NCBI GenBank assembly: GCA_963736855.1
Contig: CAVTQK010000009.1
Span: 192,001-256,000, forward strand
DNA: 64,000 bases
Reading direction: 5' to 3'
DNA from: an uncultured delta proteobacterium
GTDB lineage: Bacteria > Desulfobacterota > Desulfobacteria > Desulfobacterales > UBA2156
This document shows positions 40,704 through 51,041 of the stretch, piece after piece. The notes under the pieces are model-generated. The model saw nothing but the letters and a program-made list of their open reading frames with translations, did not search any database and was not told the DNA's origin. How positions within the stretch are numbered: position 1 is the stretch's first letter; each line of letters starts with the position of its first letter. Made by a program: the position numbers and the translations under genes.

Positions 40704-42299
40704 GTGATGAAAAAAGAAGATGCCCACTTAAAACTCTATCGGGAAATGGCCTCGCCTTCGTTTTATCCTCATCCGGTCTCAAAGGTCGCTCGCAAGGAGA
40801 CCCACATCTCCGTGGTGTTTCTAACAGGGGATTTTGTCTATAAACTCAAAAAGCCTCTGGATCTGGGTTTTTTAAATTTTCGATCCCTTTCCGACCGGCA
40901 TCATTTCTGTGAGCAAGAGATTATTCTCAACCGGCGCCTGAGTTCCGGGATCTACCTCGATGTTGTTCCGATTTTCCGGAAACCCAACGGCTCGTTTTCC
41001 CTGGAAGGTCCCGGAGCGATCATGGAGTACGCGGTCAAGATGCGGCAGCTTCCCGATGCCGCCGCCTTCAGAAACCGTCTCCAGGCCCGTAAAATGAGGC
41101 GGGGACTGATCAACGCCTTGGGGAAAAAGCTTTCCGCCTTTTATGAAAAAAGCGCCAGCAGCCCTATGATCGATCGTTTCGGCCATCGCGATATCATATC
41201 GGCCAATATGGAGGAAAACTTTACCCAGTTGTCACCTTTTATGGGAACCGTCATCGATCCGGAAAAGTGGGAATTCATCTGTCAGGTCAGCCGGACCTTC
41301 CTAAATCTGCGGAGCGATCTCTTTGAAATCCGGATCGCCTCAGGCCTGATCCGGGACGGCCATGGCGACCTGCGAACGGATCATGTCTATTTCTACCGAG
41401 GCATCCAAATTATCGACTGTATCGAGTTCAACGATCGGTTTCGTTATGGGGATGTGATTTCTGACATTGCCTTTCTGCACATGGACATGGACCATTACGG
41501 CCTGCCTACCTGGAGTTTGGCTTTCCTGAAGGCTTACGTCGAATTCTCGAAGGACTGGCAAGCTTACGCCCTGGTGGATTTCTACGCCGTCTACAGGGCC
41601 GTTGTGAGACTGAAGGTCTCCTGTCTGAGCCTGTCTTCCGCTAAACCGAAAAAACGAAACGAATTGATTGCGGATGCCCGCCTCTATATGGACCAGGCCT
41701 ATCGGTACGCCGTGCAGTTCGGTATGCCGACAATCTGGATGACCTGCGGGCTCCCGGCTTCCGGGAAATCCGCCTTAGCCCAAAGCATCGCTGAGGCCCT
41801 GGCTTTGCACAGAATCCAATCGGATGCCGTCCGAAAGGAGCTATTCGACAAAGCCGATGAACAGATCGTTCCCTATGACGATGGAATCTATCGATCCGGG
41901 ATGAGGGATCGGGTCTACGCTCAGATGCTGGCAGCAGCGCAGGACAAACTTCATGCCGGAGAATCAATCATGCTGGACGCTACCTTTTCCCGCCGGAAAT
42001 GGAGGGAAGCCGCACGCCTTTTGGCCCATGATCTGGACGCCAATCTGATCTGCGTGGAATGTATCTGCCGACGGGAAACCCTCCGAAAACGGCTTAAAGC
42101 GAGGAAAAAAGGATCCGGTTTGTCTGATGCCCGCCTTATGCATCTGCCAAAAATGACGGCCGAATTCGAGCCGGTGGATGAAATGCCCTCGGATATGCAC
42201 CTGAAAGTCAATACGGATCAGGACTTTGAAAAAAGCCTGAATATCGCCTTGTGCGAAGGGTATGACCTGAAATGCCGCCAGATAAAACAACGGATCTAG
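40704..42299 (+). CDS. Aminoglycoside-phosphotransferase-like kinase fused to an AAA_33 P-loop domain
   Basis: ETHIS, GHGDLR and DCIEF..RFR motifs; GLPASGKS Walker A. Confidence 0.88.
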   Translation: MMKKEDAHLKLYREMASPSFYPHPVSKVARKETHISVVFLTGDFVYKLKKPLDLGFLNFRSLSDRHHFCEQEIILNRRLSSGIYLDVVPIFRKPNGSFSLEGPGAIMEYAVKMRQLPDAAAFRNRLQARKMRRGLINALGKKLSAFYEKSASSPMIDRFGHRDIISANMEENFTQLSPFMGTVIDPEKWEFICQVSRTFLNLRSDLFEIRIASGLIRDGHGDLRTDHVYFYRGIQIIDCIEFNDRFRYGDVISDIAFLHMDMDHYGLPTWSLAFLKAYVEFSKDWQAYALVDFYAVYRAVVRLKVSCLSLSSAKPKKRNELIADARLYMDQAYRYAVQFGMPTIWMTCGLPASGKSALAQSIAEALALHRIQSDAVRKELFDKADEQIVPYDDGIYRSGMRDRVYAQMLAAAQDKLHAGESIMLDATFSRRKWREAARLLAHDLDANLICVECICRRETLRKRLKARKKGSGLSDARLMHLPKMTAEFEPVDEMPSDMHLKVNTDQDFEKSLNIALCEGYDLKCRQIKQRI

Positions 42300-42492
42300 G
42301 GTGCTCCGATGAATGGTCAATGATCGCCTACAATTTTAAAGCTCTCGAAACCCAGAAAAGCTTTCCATTTATTTGTTCTTTCTGATAGGGGTAAGCGCCG
42401 GAAAATAAAACCCTATCTCGCTAATATGACAAGATTCTTTAGGGAGGATGAGTGCCATGAAGCTGGAAAAAGGAAGATTCGGAGGACGTGTG

Positions 42493-43506
42493 ATGAAGAT
42501 GGGAAAAGCCGAATGGCTGGTTGCGGTTTTCTTCTTATGCTTGCCATGCATCAAGGTTTCGGCGTCTGACCTGCCAGGGGCCAAGGACCATCCGCTGCTC
42601 AAGCGCTTCGGAGGTTCCGAGATCGTGGGATATGAAGTAAAGCGGTTCGAAGAGTATGAGCTCCAAACGTCCGCCTTCAAGCGCTACAATCTGGAAACCA
42701 AACGGCGTGAATTTGCAAACCCGCCACTTAAGCTGGAGGGTGGTTTGACGAGGATCTGGTACGAAGCAGCGGGGGACACAAGTGCTACGGAGCTCATCCG
42801 TAACTATCAGAATGATCTCAAGGCACAGGGATTCCAGATTCTCTACGATTCTACTCAGGACCCGGCTTCTAAAACTTGGGTCAATTTCCTGGCTCCTTTC
42901 AGCAGTTCGGACATCAAGACTACTCGCAGCTATTATGTCTTCTTTGCTGCAGAACAAAAGGGCATTCGTGTAACCAGCGCGAAGCTGGAAAGACCCGAAG
43001 GCGATGTATATGTCTATCTCACAGCCATTGAATGGGGAAAGGATGATGCCACTTACAAAGCAAAGCGCGGTGCTTATATGGCGGTCGATGTCATTGAAGT
43101 GCGAGGTATGACACAAAACATGGTAGTTGTTAGTGCCGACGATATGTCCAAGTCAATTAGCTCAGCCGGGCGCATCGCCCTATATGGCATTTTATTCGAC
43201 ACCAACAAGGCGGACATCAGACCCGAGTCGAAGCTTACACTGGAAGAGATCGCCAAGATGCTTAAGAAGGAACCGGACCTGAAGCTGCACGTGGTTGGTC
43301 ACACAGATAATGTTGGTGGGTATGAGTTCAACCTGGGCCTGTCCAAGCGACGAGCTGATGCAGTAGTTGCTTCGCTCACTAAGGAGCACGGTATTGCGGT
43401 CAATCGGCTAATTCCGAATGGCGTGGCCTATCTGGCACCGGTCGCAGTTAATACGACCGAAGAAGGAAGGGCGAAGAACCGGCGTGTAGAGCTGGTACCG
43501 CAGTAA
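42493..43506 (+). CDS. OmpA-family periplasmic protein (DUF4892-like N-terminus)
   Basis: Signal peptide; DHPLLKRF; C-terminal GHTD, LS..RA and NRRVE; GGAGGA RBS. Confidence 0.88.
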   Translation: MKMGKAEWLVAVFFLCLPCIKVSASDLPGAKDHPLLKRFGGSEIVGYEVKRFEEYELQTSAFKRYNLETKRREFANPPLKLEGGLTRIWYEAAGDTSATELIRNYQNDLKAQGFQILYDSTQDPASKTWVNFLAPFSSSDIKTTRSYYVFFAAEQKGIRVTSAKLERPEGDVYVYLTAIEWGKDDATYKAKRGAYMAVDVIEVRGMTQNMVVVSADDMSKSISSAGRIALYGILFDTNKADIRPESKLTLEEIAKMLKKEPDLKLHVVGHTDNVGGYEFNLGLSKRRADAVVASLTKEHGIAVNRLIPNGVAYLAPVAVNTTEEGRAKNRRVELVPQ

Positions 43507-43596
43507 GAGTAGTCTATCTATCACGCCGCGGGGCGCCTTCTGCCGCAAAGGTCAAGGCCATTTTCGAAGCGAAATGGAGCACGGCGTGTTGTTTAA

Positions 43597-43767
43597 GATG
43601 GGCAGAACCGTTATTTTATTCTTCTCAGAGGAATTGAGAAAGTCAAAGGCGAGTTCAAATTGGTTTCCGCCGCCCATAACCTCAGAAAAATTTGGCTGTA
43701 CCTTAAAAACCAGATGAAAAGCCTGTCCGAAATACGGGTTCAAGTCGGCTTTTCAGAAACGGTTTAG
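43597..43767 (+). pseudogene. IS1182-like transposase C-terminal remnant
   Basis: Startless frame reading RYFILLRGIEKVKGEFKLVSAAHNLRKIW. Confidence 0.7.
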
Positions 43768-43802
43768 AGCCATAGTGATTTTACAAGGATACATTTTTGC
43801 AG

Positions 43803-46007
43803 TCATGATTTCATCAAGAAAATCCCTGCCAGAGACATCCCGATGAGGGCTGCGGCGGCAGGGAGCATTCCTAAAAACGGAATCAGCCAGAGGCTACCTA
43901 CGACCGCCCCGACACATCCTCCCGCCAAATCGGCGGCGTAGATTTCCGAGGTAGCCCGCTGCTGTTCGGCCGTGCCGCTCCTGCCGGTGACCACAAAGAT
44001 GCCGGCCACGGCGGCTCCGCTCGCAAACAAGAGAATCGATGCCGTTAAGAGGCCGGCATGCATGTGAGCCAAAAGCATTCCGGAAAACAACGCTGCAACG
44101 ATGCCGATAATTGAAAAGAGTACAGCGCCGGTTGGCGCCGTACGCATCCGAGATACAGACAGACGGGAAATTCCGTAGGCGCCGGCCCAGAGGCCGACCA
44201 TGAAAGCCATGATCAGACATCCCATGTTTTGATAGAGAACCCCCCGGCTGGCTTGGTAATAAAGCAGAATCAGGGTTTCCAGAACCATTCCCGCAAATCC
44301 GGCCGCACCCATCCAAAAAATGTCACGAAAGCGAGACGTTCGTCTCAGGAGCCATCCTGCTGCCACAAAAATCGAGAGAAGAAGGATTAGGGGTATGATC
44401 GAATCTGCCGGATCGGCTGGGTGGACATGGATCATGGATGGAATGAATTTGGAAAGCCAGATCAGCACCGAATAATGGTAGCTGATGGGATGGACGTCGC
44501 TGTTGGGGATCGCCATGGAAGCGTTCAAAAGGCGTTCCATCTCGAAGAATCGGTCATTGGTAAAAAGATATCGGATATAAGGCGGCGAAACCAAACGGGT
44601 CTGGATACGTTGTTCTTCCAACCTGCCGATGAGCACTTCAGGATCCGTTGGAACCGGAGCCTGGGAAGCGCGCATAATAATAGAGACTCCAGGCAGAGCT
44701 GAGGCATGGGAAAATTCGCGTTTTAACGCCTGCCAGACCGAGGCGTTTTTTAGGGTCATCATGGAAGACCAGAGATTTTCCGAGGAGCGCAACCGAAAAG
44801 CCAGGATTCCATTCGGTTGAAGATGTCGGCGGCAAAGCCGGAAAAATTCGCGGGTGTAGAACCGATTGGCGACGCCGGAATCGGGCTGAGGCATACCGAT
44901 CAGGATCAGATCGTAACGGTCGGCGGTTTCAAGAAACCTCCGGGGATCGTCCTGAACGATGCGAACCGATGGTCGGTGAAGTACGGTGGTCCAGTCTTTC
45001 GGAAGATGCTGTGAAAGCAAATCGATCAGCACAGGATTTATTTCCACATAGTCGATGGTCCTGGGATGATGCTGGATCAGTTCATGCAGCAAGCCTTCCA
45101 TCCCTCCGCCGAGCACCGCAACGGCGTCCATACGCTCAAGGCTCAATGCCGCCAGATGAACAAAGGATTCGGCATCGACGCTTTCGGTTTCAAAACTGAG
45201 CACGTCGTTTTCGAAAAGCACGAATTGATCCGCTCGTCGGGTAAGAGTCAGTCGACCGTAAGGCGAATCCTTCGAGGCAATAAGGTCCGGATGATTCCAA
45301 CGAGTGGTTGTAGGATCCAGCCAAGGAAGAAAGAAAAAGCCGGCAGCGAACAGAGATATCGCCATCCCACCCGTTGCCCAGCGGTGAAGGTCTTTACAAC
45401 AAAGCAGGAGCCAGGTCATCGCGGCAAAACCGACGCAGACCCATGCGGCCGTGAGATTTTGAATGCCGGCAAAAAAGAGCAGTGTGGCACCGCCGCCCCC
45501 CACAACACCTCCGATGCTTTCGATGGCATAGGCACGGGCCAGACGGCCGCCTTGAGCCACTGAGATTTTTGCCGACCACTGGAATAGCAGGCCCATCAAA
45601 AGACCTGCCGGGAAAAGAGCGATTCCGATGGCGGCGATCTGGACAGGAAAAGAAAGAAAGGTTCCTGGAAAGGCTCCGGCAAGGGTGCGGAAATATCGGA
45701 TGAATAAGAGATCGGCAAAGAAAACCAGGGAAAATGCGGCAAAGGTCCAACCCACCGCCTCTTTTTGAGAAACCCGGAATCGGGGTCCCATTAAAGCGCC
45801 CGCGGCGGACCAGAAGAGCCAGACAGCCATGGCCAGAATGTAAATCAACTCCACACCGTACAGGGAGACGGCCAGCTCCCGAAGGAGAACGACCTGCCCC
45901 AGAATCGAAGTAAAGCCGACGGCAAACAGGGCTAGTGTCACGGTCGAGGCGAACTTTCGCTGAAAACCTGGGCCTGAAAGATATAAAGGGAGGCGCCTTC
46001 CTTCCAT
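43803..46007 (-). CDS. Membrane-bound spermidine-synthase-like protein (TM - SAM-binding fold - TM)
   Basis: GQVVLLRE, SPYG.L, LGGG, VEINP, N.FYT.EFF and YAADLAG motifs. Confidence 0.8.
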   Translation of the reverse strand: MEGRRLPLYLSGPGFQRKFASTVTLALFAVGFTSILGQVVLLRELAVSLYGVELIYILAMAVWLFWSAAGALMGPRFRVSQKEAVGWTFAAFSLVFFADLLFIRYFRTLAGAFPGTFLSFPVQIAAIGIALFPAGLLMGLLFQWSAKISVAQGGRLARAYAIESIGGVVGGGGATLLFFAGIQNLTAAWVCVGFAAMTWLLLCCKDLHRWATGGMAISLFAAGFFFLPWLDPTTTRWNHPDLIASKDSPYGRLTLTRRADQFVLFENDVLSFETESVDAESFVHLAALSLERMDAVAVLGGGMEGLLHELIQHHPRTIDYVEINPVLIDLLSQHLPKDWTTVLHRPSVRIVQDDPRRFLETADRYDLILIGMPQPDSGVANRFYTREFFRLCRRHLQPNGILAFRLRSSENLWSSMMTLKNASVWQALKREFSHASALPGVSIIMRASQAPVPTDPEVLIGRLEEQRIQTRLVSPPYIRYLFTNDRFFEMERLLNASMAIPNSDVHPISYHYSVLIWLSKFIPSMIHVHPADPADSIIPLILLLSIFVAAGWLLRRTSRFRDIFWMGAAGFAGMVLETLILLYYQASRGVLYQNMGCLIMAFMVGLWAGAYGISRLSVSRMRTAPTGAVLFSIIGIVAALFSGMLLAHMHAGLLTASILLFASGAAVAGIFVVTGRSGTAEQQRATSEIYAADLAGGCVGAVVGSLWLIPFLGMLPAAAALIGMSLAGIFLMKS

Positions 46008-47551
46008 GCACTTGGGGAAAGCCCCGCTTTCCGGCTCAGTTGCGCCAGCATTTCATCGCGTCCCCATCCCTGCTCCGGCGCTACCTGGGGCAGAAACACC
46101 GCCGACCGTCCGGCTTTTTGAAGCATCACCCCATCCCGGCCGACGACGATGCGGCCAGGGGCGTCTATCCGTTGAAAGGGTGTCAGGACCGACACTTCGA
46201 TTTCAACCGCATCCAGTTCCGCGAATTTCAGGGGAGAAAACCTTCTGTCGTTGAAGGCAGCCTGAAGAGTCATATGGCCCACGACCTGGCCAAGGGGAAG
46301 ATCGTTCTCCATGTGACCGATGCAGCCCCTCAGTTCGCCGTGCCGTTTCAGGGTGACGAAAGCGCCTTGGCGAGCATACAACAATGGATCTGGAAATCGT
46401 GGTAAGGGTATGGTCTCGGTCTTCAAATACTGGATCAGGGTTTTCCGGGCAAACTGGAGAAGAACCTGCTGTTGACTCGTCAAAAGGGGCTTAGGGTTCA
46501 TATCGGCAGGCGGTTCCGGAAAGGGATTGCCGCTGCTTTTTGTTGGATGACGATAAAACGCCACGGCTCCATATCCCACCACTTGATCCCGTTTTCCCCC
46601 AAGGGATTCACCCGAGTTGGCATAGCTGACGATACGGCCGCTTGAAGCACCCAGATGCTTCGCGGCAGCCATGGCCGCCGCCACCGGTCTATCTCCGCAG
46701 GCACAGGTCGACAGGCCGGAAAGACTCAAAGATTCCTGGTTCCGGACAACCTGTTGAAACCGACGGATATCGAGGCTTGCCATGGCCTGAAGGGTGCTGC
46801 GGTCTACCCGGCAGGCATCGCCATATTTCGGATAATGGGATAGATCCGAACTGGCTACGATGAGGGGGTTTTTATGCACGAGGCTTTGGGCCAGAGACTC
46901 TCCGAAACGGGTACAGGCCTTGTCGTCTCGTAGGCTGACAATAACCGGCAGAATCGGAGTGTCCGGAAACAGCACCTGGACAAAAGGTACAAGGACTTCG
47001 ATGGAATGCTCGTTTTGATGAACCGGTTTATCAATAACCGCCTCGCGAAATCGCTCCATGAGCCGCCGTGCGGCTTCCGAATCGATTGCGGCGATACCCA
47101 GGGGGGTTTGGAACCCGCCGGTCGCAAAAACCGAAACGCCGTCGAAGCCCGGGCGGGAATGATTGACACCTAAGATAACAATCAGGTCGTAAGCATGGCC
47201 TTTTGCCTGGGCAAATGCATCTGCCATGATCTGGCCGGAGAAAATATATCCGGCATGGGGGGAGACAACGGTGATGGGAGGCTCGGATGCAGGCGGCACG
47301 GAATCCGATAAAAACATCTGGATGGCGGTTCTCAGTTTATCCGGGTTTTCCGGATAGAAGCGTCCTGCAACCGCCGGTGAGCGGATGTCGTCCTGGATCG
47401 CAATAGCATCAGCAAAATGCCCGAAGAGGGTTAAAAAACAAACGGCGGACATTGTGACGATACAAATCCAGGTCACTTTTGGCGGCAAACCGTTATTGAT
47501 AAAACAGACCCGGCTGGGAGGGGTTGCAGAAGGCATCGGTTGCTGATCCAC
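45938..47551 (-). CDS. AmmeMemoRadiSam protein B (Memo-like) fused to protein A (AMMECR1-like), with hydrophobic N-terminus
   Basis: R.PAVAG.FYP, PHAGY.FSG, EHS.E and SSDLSHY motifs; GAFVTL....LRGCIG and FLPQVA motifs. Confidence 0.92.
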   Translation of the reverse strand: MDQQPMPSATPPSRVCFINNGLPPKVTWICIVTMSAVCFLTLFGHFADAIAIQDDIRSPAVAGRFYPENPDKLRTAIQMFLSDSVPPASEPPITVVSPHAGYIFSGQIMADAFAQAKGHAYDLIVILGVNHSRPGFDGVSVFATGGFQTPLGIAAIDSEAARRLMERFREAVIDKPVHQNEHSIEVLVPFVQVLFPDTPILPVIVSLRDDKACTRFGESLAQSLVHKNPLIVASSDLSHYPKYGDACRVDRSTLQAMASLDIRRFQQVVRNQESLSLSGLSTCACGDRPVAAAMAAAKHLGASSGRIVSYANSGESLGGKRDQVVGYGAVAFYRHPTKSSGNPFPEPPADMNPKPLLTSQQQVLLQFARKTLIQYLKTETIPLPRFPDPLLYARQGAFVTLKRHGELRGCIGHMENDLPLGQVVGHMTLQAAFNDRRFSPLKFAELDAVEIEVSVLTPFQRIDAPGRIVVGRDGVMLQKAGRSAVFLPQVAPEQGWGRDEMLAQLSRKAGLSPSAWKEGASLYIFQAQVFSESSPRP

Positions 47552-47578
47552 GGGAATCTCCTTGAAAAACGAGGGTTC

Positions 47579-48841
47579 TCAGGTCCAGATACCGGCGATG
47601 GGCGTTCGGCAATACCGGCAGAGGCCTTTTTCAATCTGCATTTCGGTCATGAAAAACCCGGTCCGACGAATCACCGCCTTTCCACACGCCGGGCAGTAGG
47701 TGTGATTACCGGGATGACCCGGTACATTCCCCACGAAGGGATAACGAATTCCGGCGGCCTTAGCCAGATCATAGGCTTTCTCGAGCGTCCCGACCGGTGT
47801 GGGCGGAAGGTTTAACATCTTGTAATCCGGATGAAACCGGGTGAAATGGATGGGCACATCGGGCCCCACCTCATCCAGCATCCAACGAATGAGACCTTTC
47901 AGCATGTTGTCGGAATCATTCAGGGTCGGCACCACGAGATTGACGATCTCCAGATGCACCCCCCGTTTCGCGACGGTTCGGATGCTTTTCAGCACCGGGT
48001 CCAGTTCGGCCTTACAGACGTTGCGGTAAAAGGCGCGGTCAAATCCCTTGAGGTCGATTTTGATGGCATCCAGCGCCTGGCACATATCGTTGAGGGGTTC
48101 CGGATTCATGAACCCGCAACTGATCAGGACACTGCGGATCCCTTTGGGTTTGGCTGCAGCAGCGATGTCCAGCAGGTATTCCGCGAAGACCGTGGGTTCG
48201 TTGTAGGTAAAGGCGATAACGGAAGCCTGTCGCTGTTTTGATGCCGCCACGATCTCCTCCGGTGCTACGAAAGGGACCGTGAAGTCCTCGGGCTTTGCCT
48301 GGGAAATTTCCCAATTCTGACAGAACTGGCAACTTAAGGGACAACCTGCTGTTGCCAGGGAAAAAGCGGCGGAACCTGGCAGAAAGTGATATAATGGTTT
48401 TTTTTCGATAGGATCCACATGCATGGAGACAGGACGGCCGTATACCAGGCTTTTCAACACACCATGGTTGTTGATGCGGGCCCGGCATCGGCCGCGATCA
48501 CCGGGAGCCAGGAGGCATTTTTGAGCGCATAGCAAGCACCGGACATAGCCCTTCTCATGTTGAAAAAAAGTCCCCTGGACTTTTTCCTGCGGTAGATGGC
48601 AGGCCAGACAGTCCACGCCTTGGGCATTTGACGAAACCCAGTATCGGGCCGGTGGCATATCTCTCTCTCCCTGGGGCAGGCCGGATCGAACGGATGCTTG
48701 GATATGGCCTTTTGGAGCTCCGTTTAAGAGAATCCATGCACACGGGGTGCAAACCCCTAAACGAACGGAAGCCCGGATGGTTCGTTGAAGAAACTGCCTT
48801 CGGGATAGATTGATGAAATCACGGCGATAGGGGGGCGGCAT
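47579..48841 (-). CDS. amrS: AmmeMemoRadiSam radical SAM enzyme with Tat-like N-terminus
   Basis: DPIEKKPLYHF.PG, CPLSCQFC, TYNEP and T.CP.CG motifs; SRRQFL; GAGGA RBS before ATG 48841. Confidence 0.93.
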   Translation of the reverse strand: MPPPYRRDFINLSRRQFLQRTIRASVRLGVCTPCAWILLNGAPKGHIQASVRSGLPQGERDMPPARYWVSSNAQGVDCLACHLPQEKVQGTFFQHEKGYVRCLLCAQKCLLAPGDRGRCRARINNHGVLKSLVYGRPVSMHVDPIEKKPLYHFLPGSAAFSLATAGCPLSCQFCQNWEISQAKPEDFTVPFVAPEEIVAASKQRQASVIAFTYNEPTVFAEYLLDIAAAAKPKGIRSVLISCGFMNPEPLNDMCQALDAIKIDLKGFDRAFYRNVCKAELDPVLKSIRTVAKRGVHLEIVNLVVPTLNDSDNMLKGLIRWMLDEVGPDVPIHFTRFHPDYKMLNLPPTPVGTLEKAYDLAKAAGIRYPFVGNVPGHPGNHTYCPACGKAVIRRTGFFMTEMQIEKGLCRYCRTPIAGIWT

Positions 48842-48976
48842 GGGGAGTGATCCTCGTAAAAAATTGCACCTGAACATCACTATAGCCAAAATGCCGATTC
48901 TGTCAAGGATCACCAATGTCGGACACAACGCTTCGATCCGGAATGGGATGCCGGAAGTTTTTCAGGCCGTGAGGGC

Positions 48977-49840
48977 ATGAGCTGGTTTTTCCTGGCCCTG
49001 ATCGCAGCGTTGGGAACGGCCACCGCCGACTTTTTGCTCAAGCGCTGGTTCAGTGATCGGCCCGCAGGCGAAATGGCCATGGCCCGCATCTTCAGCGTTG
49101 TCCCTTTGGGTGTGATCCTGTTGATATTCACCCCCTGGCCGGAGCTTAGGCCCGGTTTCTGGCAGGCCATGGGCCTGGCCCTGCCCGCCGAGGTGGCGGC
49201 CACCCTGCTCTACCATCGCGCCATCAGGCTTTCCCCCCTTGCTCTGACCCAGCCCTTTCTCTCTTTCACCCCGTTTTTTTCGGTACTCACCGGGCTGTTC
49301 TTTTTGGGAGAGTTTCCTTCAGCCTGGGGGATCATCGGTGTGGCGCTGTTGACGGGCGGGGTCTACGGCCTGTACTTTGAACAAGTTCGATCGAGCTGGC
49401 ACCAACCCTTCGTGACGGCGTTTCGAGAGCCGGGTTCCTGGATGATGCTCGCCGTCAGCGCGCTCTATGCCTATACGGCTGTTTTGGGTCGCAAGGCGGT
49501 GTTGGCTTCCACACCCCTGTTTGCACTGGCAATCTATTCGATCTTGCACGCCCTGGCATTGGGCGCGGTGATGAGCTGGAGTCGGCGGCTGAGTTGGGGC
49601 TGGTTGAAGCGTCCCCGGCCTCTTCTATGCCTGGCTTTGGCCATGAGCGGAATGGTATTGTGCCACTATTGGGCTCTGGAATTGGTACAGACCGCATATA
49701 TGATCTCCGTCAAGCGGCTCAGTATCTTGTTTGCCATGCTCTACGGCGGGATTTTTTTAGGGGAAAAGCGGCTCATCCAGCACCTGGGCGCGGGTTTGGT
49801 CATGGTGGCAGGCGCTGCCCTGTTGCTGGTTTTGGGATGA
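48977..49840 (+). CDS. DMT/EamA family transporter
   Basis: About 10 TM segments in two EamA-like repeats. Confidence 0.85.
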   Translation: MSWFFLALIAALGTATADFLLKRWFSDRPAGEMAMARIFSVVPLGVILLIFTPWPELRPGFWQAMGLALPAEVAATLLYHRAIRLSPLALTQPFLSFTPFFSVLTGLFFLGEFPSAWGIIGVALLTGGVYGLYFEQVRSSWHQPFVTAFREPGSWMMLAVSALYAYTAVLGRKAVLASTPLFALAIYSILHALALGAVMSWSRRLSWGWLKRPRPLLCLALAMSGMVLCHYWALELVQTAYMISVKRLSILFAMLYGGIFLGEKRLIQHLGAGLVMVAGAALLLVLG

Positions 49841-49880
49841 GTATCGGAGATTACGGCAAGGGAAAAATTCTGCCGGGGGG

Positions 49881-50840
49881 TTATTCCGACAGGGTGCAGG
49901 CATCGGAGGCCTTTTTCATCTCTACGTAGTGCGCCCCGGCCAAGGCGGCGGTACAGCCATCCCCTGCGGCGGTCACAATCTGGCGGGCGTATTTCTGTCT
50001 CAGATCGCCTATCACGAAGAGACCCGGGATCCGGGTTTCGCACTTCTCGTCGGTGATGACATATCCCTGGGCATTCATATCCACACCGCTGGGAACCAGC
50101 TTGTTATTGGGCACGAAACCGATGAAGACGAAAACGCCGTCTGTAGACAGATGTCGTTTTTCACTCGTTTTGGTATCCTGCAAGGTGACGGCGTTTACCC
50201 CTTTATCATCAGCCTTGATTTCCGTGACCACAGTGTTCCACAAAACCTCGATCTTGCATTCGGCCATAACGCGCTGCTGAAGGATGCGGCTGGCCCTGAA
50301 GGCATCACGGCGATGGGTCAGGTATACCTTTTTAGTGATCTTGGCCAGATATAACGCTTCCTCCATGGCGGTGTCGCCGCCGCCGACCACAACCACCGTC
50401 TTACCCCGGTAAAAAAACCCGTCACAGGTGGCGCAATACGAGACCCCCTTTCCGTAGAACTTATCTTCGCCGGGAACGGCGAGTTTGCGGGGTGTGCCGC
50501 CGGAGGCCAGAATGACCGAACGGGCATTCAGGGTTTGGCCGTCATCGAGTCGAACCGAGTGGAAATCGATACCGGGTTCGATGACAATCACCTCTTTTTG
50601 ATGTATTTCAATCCCATAAGACTTAACATGATCGGATAATTTCTGGCAAAGCTCGAAACCTGTAATGGTTTCGAATCCTGGGTAATTTTCCACGCTGTCC
50701 GTATTGGCGATCTGTCCGCCATGGACACCCTTTTCAATCAGAACCGTATCCAGAGCCGCCCGCATGGCGTAAATGGCGGCGGTCAATCCTGCCGGTCCGC
50801 CTCCGACAATGATGAGATCGTAAAGTTTGCTGTCTGACAA
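49881..50840 (-). CDS. trxB: Thioredoxin-disulfide reductase
   Basis: GGGPAG, GVSYCATCDG and GGGDTA motifs; TTG start with AAGGAGG RBS. Confidence 0.95.
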   Translation of the reverse strand: MSDSKLYDLIIVGGGPAGLTAAIYAMRAALDTVLIEKGVHGGQIANTDSVENYPGFETITGFELCQKLSDHVKSYGIEIHQKEVIVIEPGIDFHSVRLDDGQTLNARSVILASGGTPRKLAVPGEDKFYGKGVSYCATCDGFFYRGKTVVVVGGGDTAMEEALYLAKITKKVYLTHRRDAFRASRILQQRVMAECKIEVLWNTVVTEIKADDKGVNAVTLQDTKTSEKRHLSTDGVFVFIGFVPNNKLVPSGVDMNAQGYVITDEKCETRIPGLFVIGDLRQKYARQIVTAAGDGCTAALAGAHYVEMKKASDACTLSE

Positions 50841-51041
50841 GTCAAAACCCTCCTTTAGGCAACAGTAAGTACTTCATATGATCCCGAAAAAGCTGAAGGA
50901 TATGAAAGGGGGATCTTTTTAGGCTAATCTTAAACACAAGCCGTTTTTTGTCAACAGCAGCTTTCCGGTTAAAGACGGCGATGGGCCTTTCAGAAGCCGG
51001 TCGTTACGGGTTCTTTTAACACAGGTCCTAAAATGACAGGA

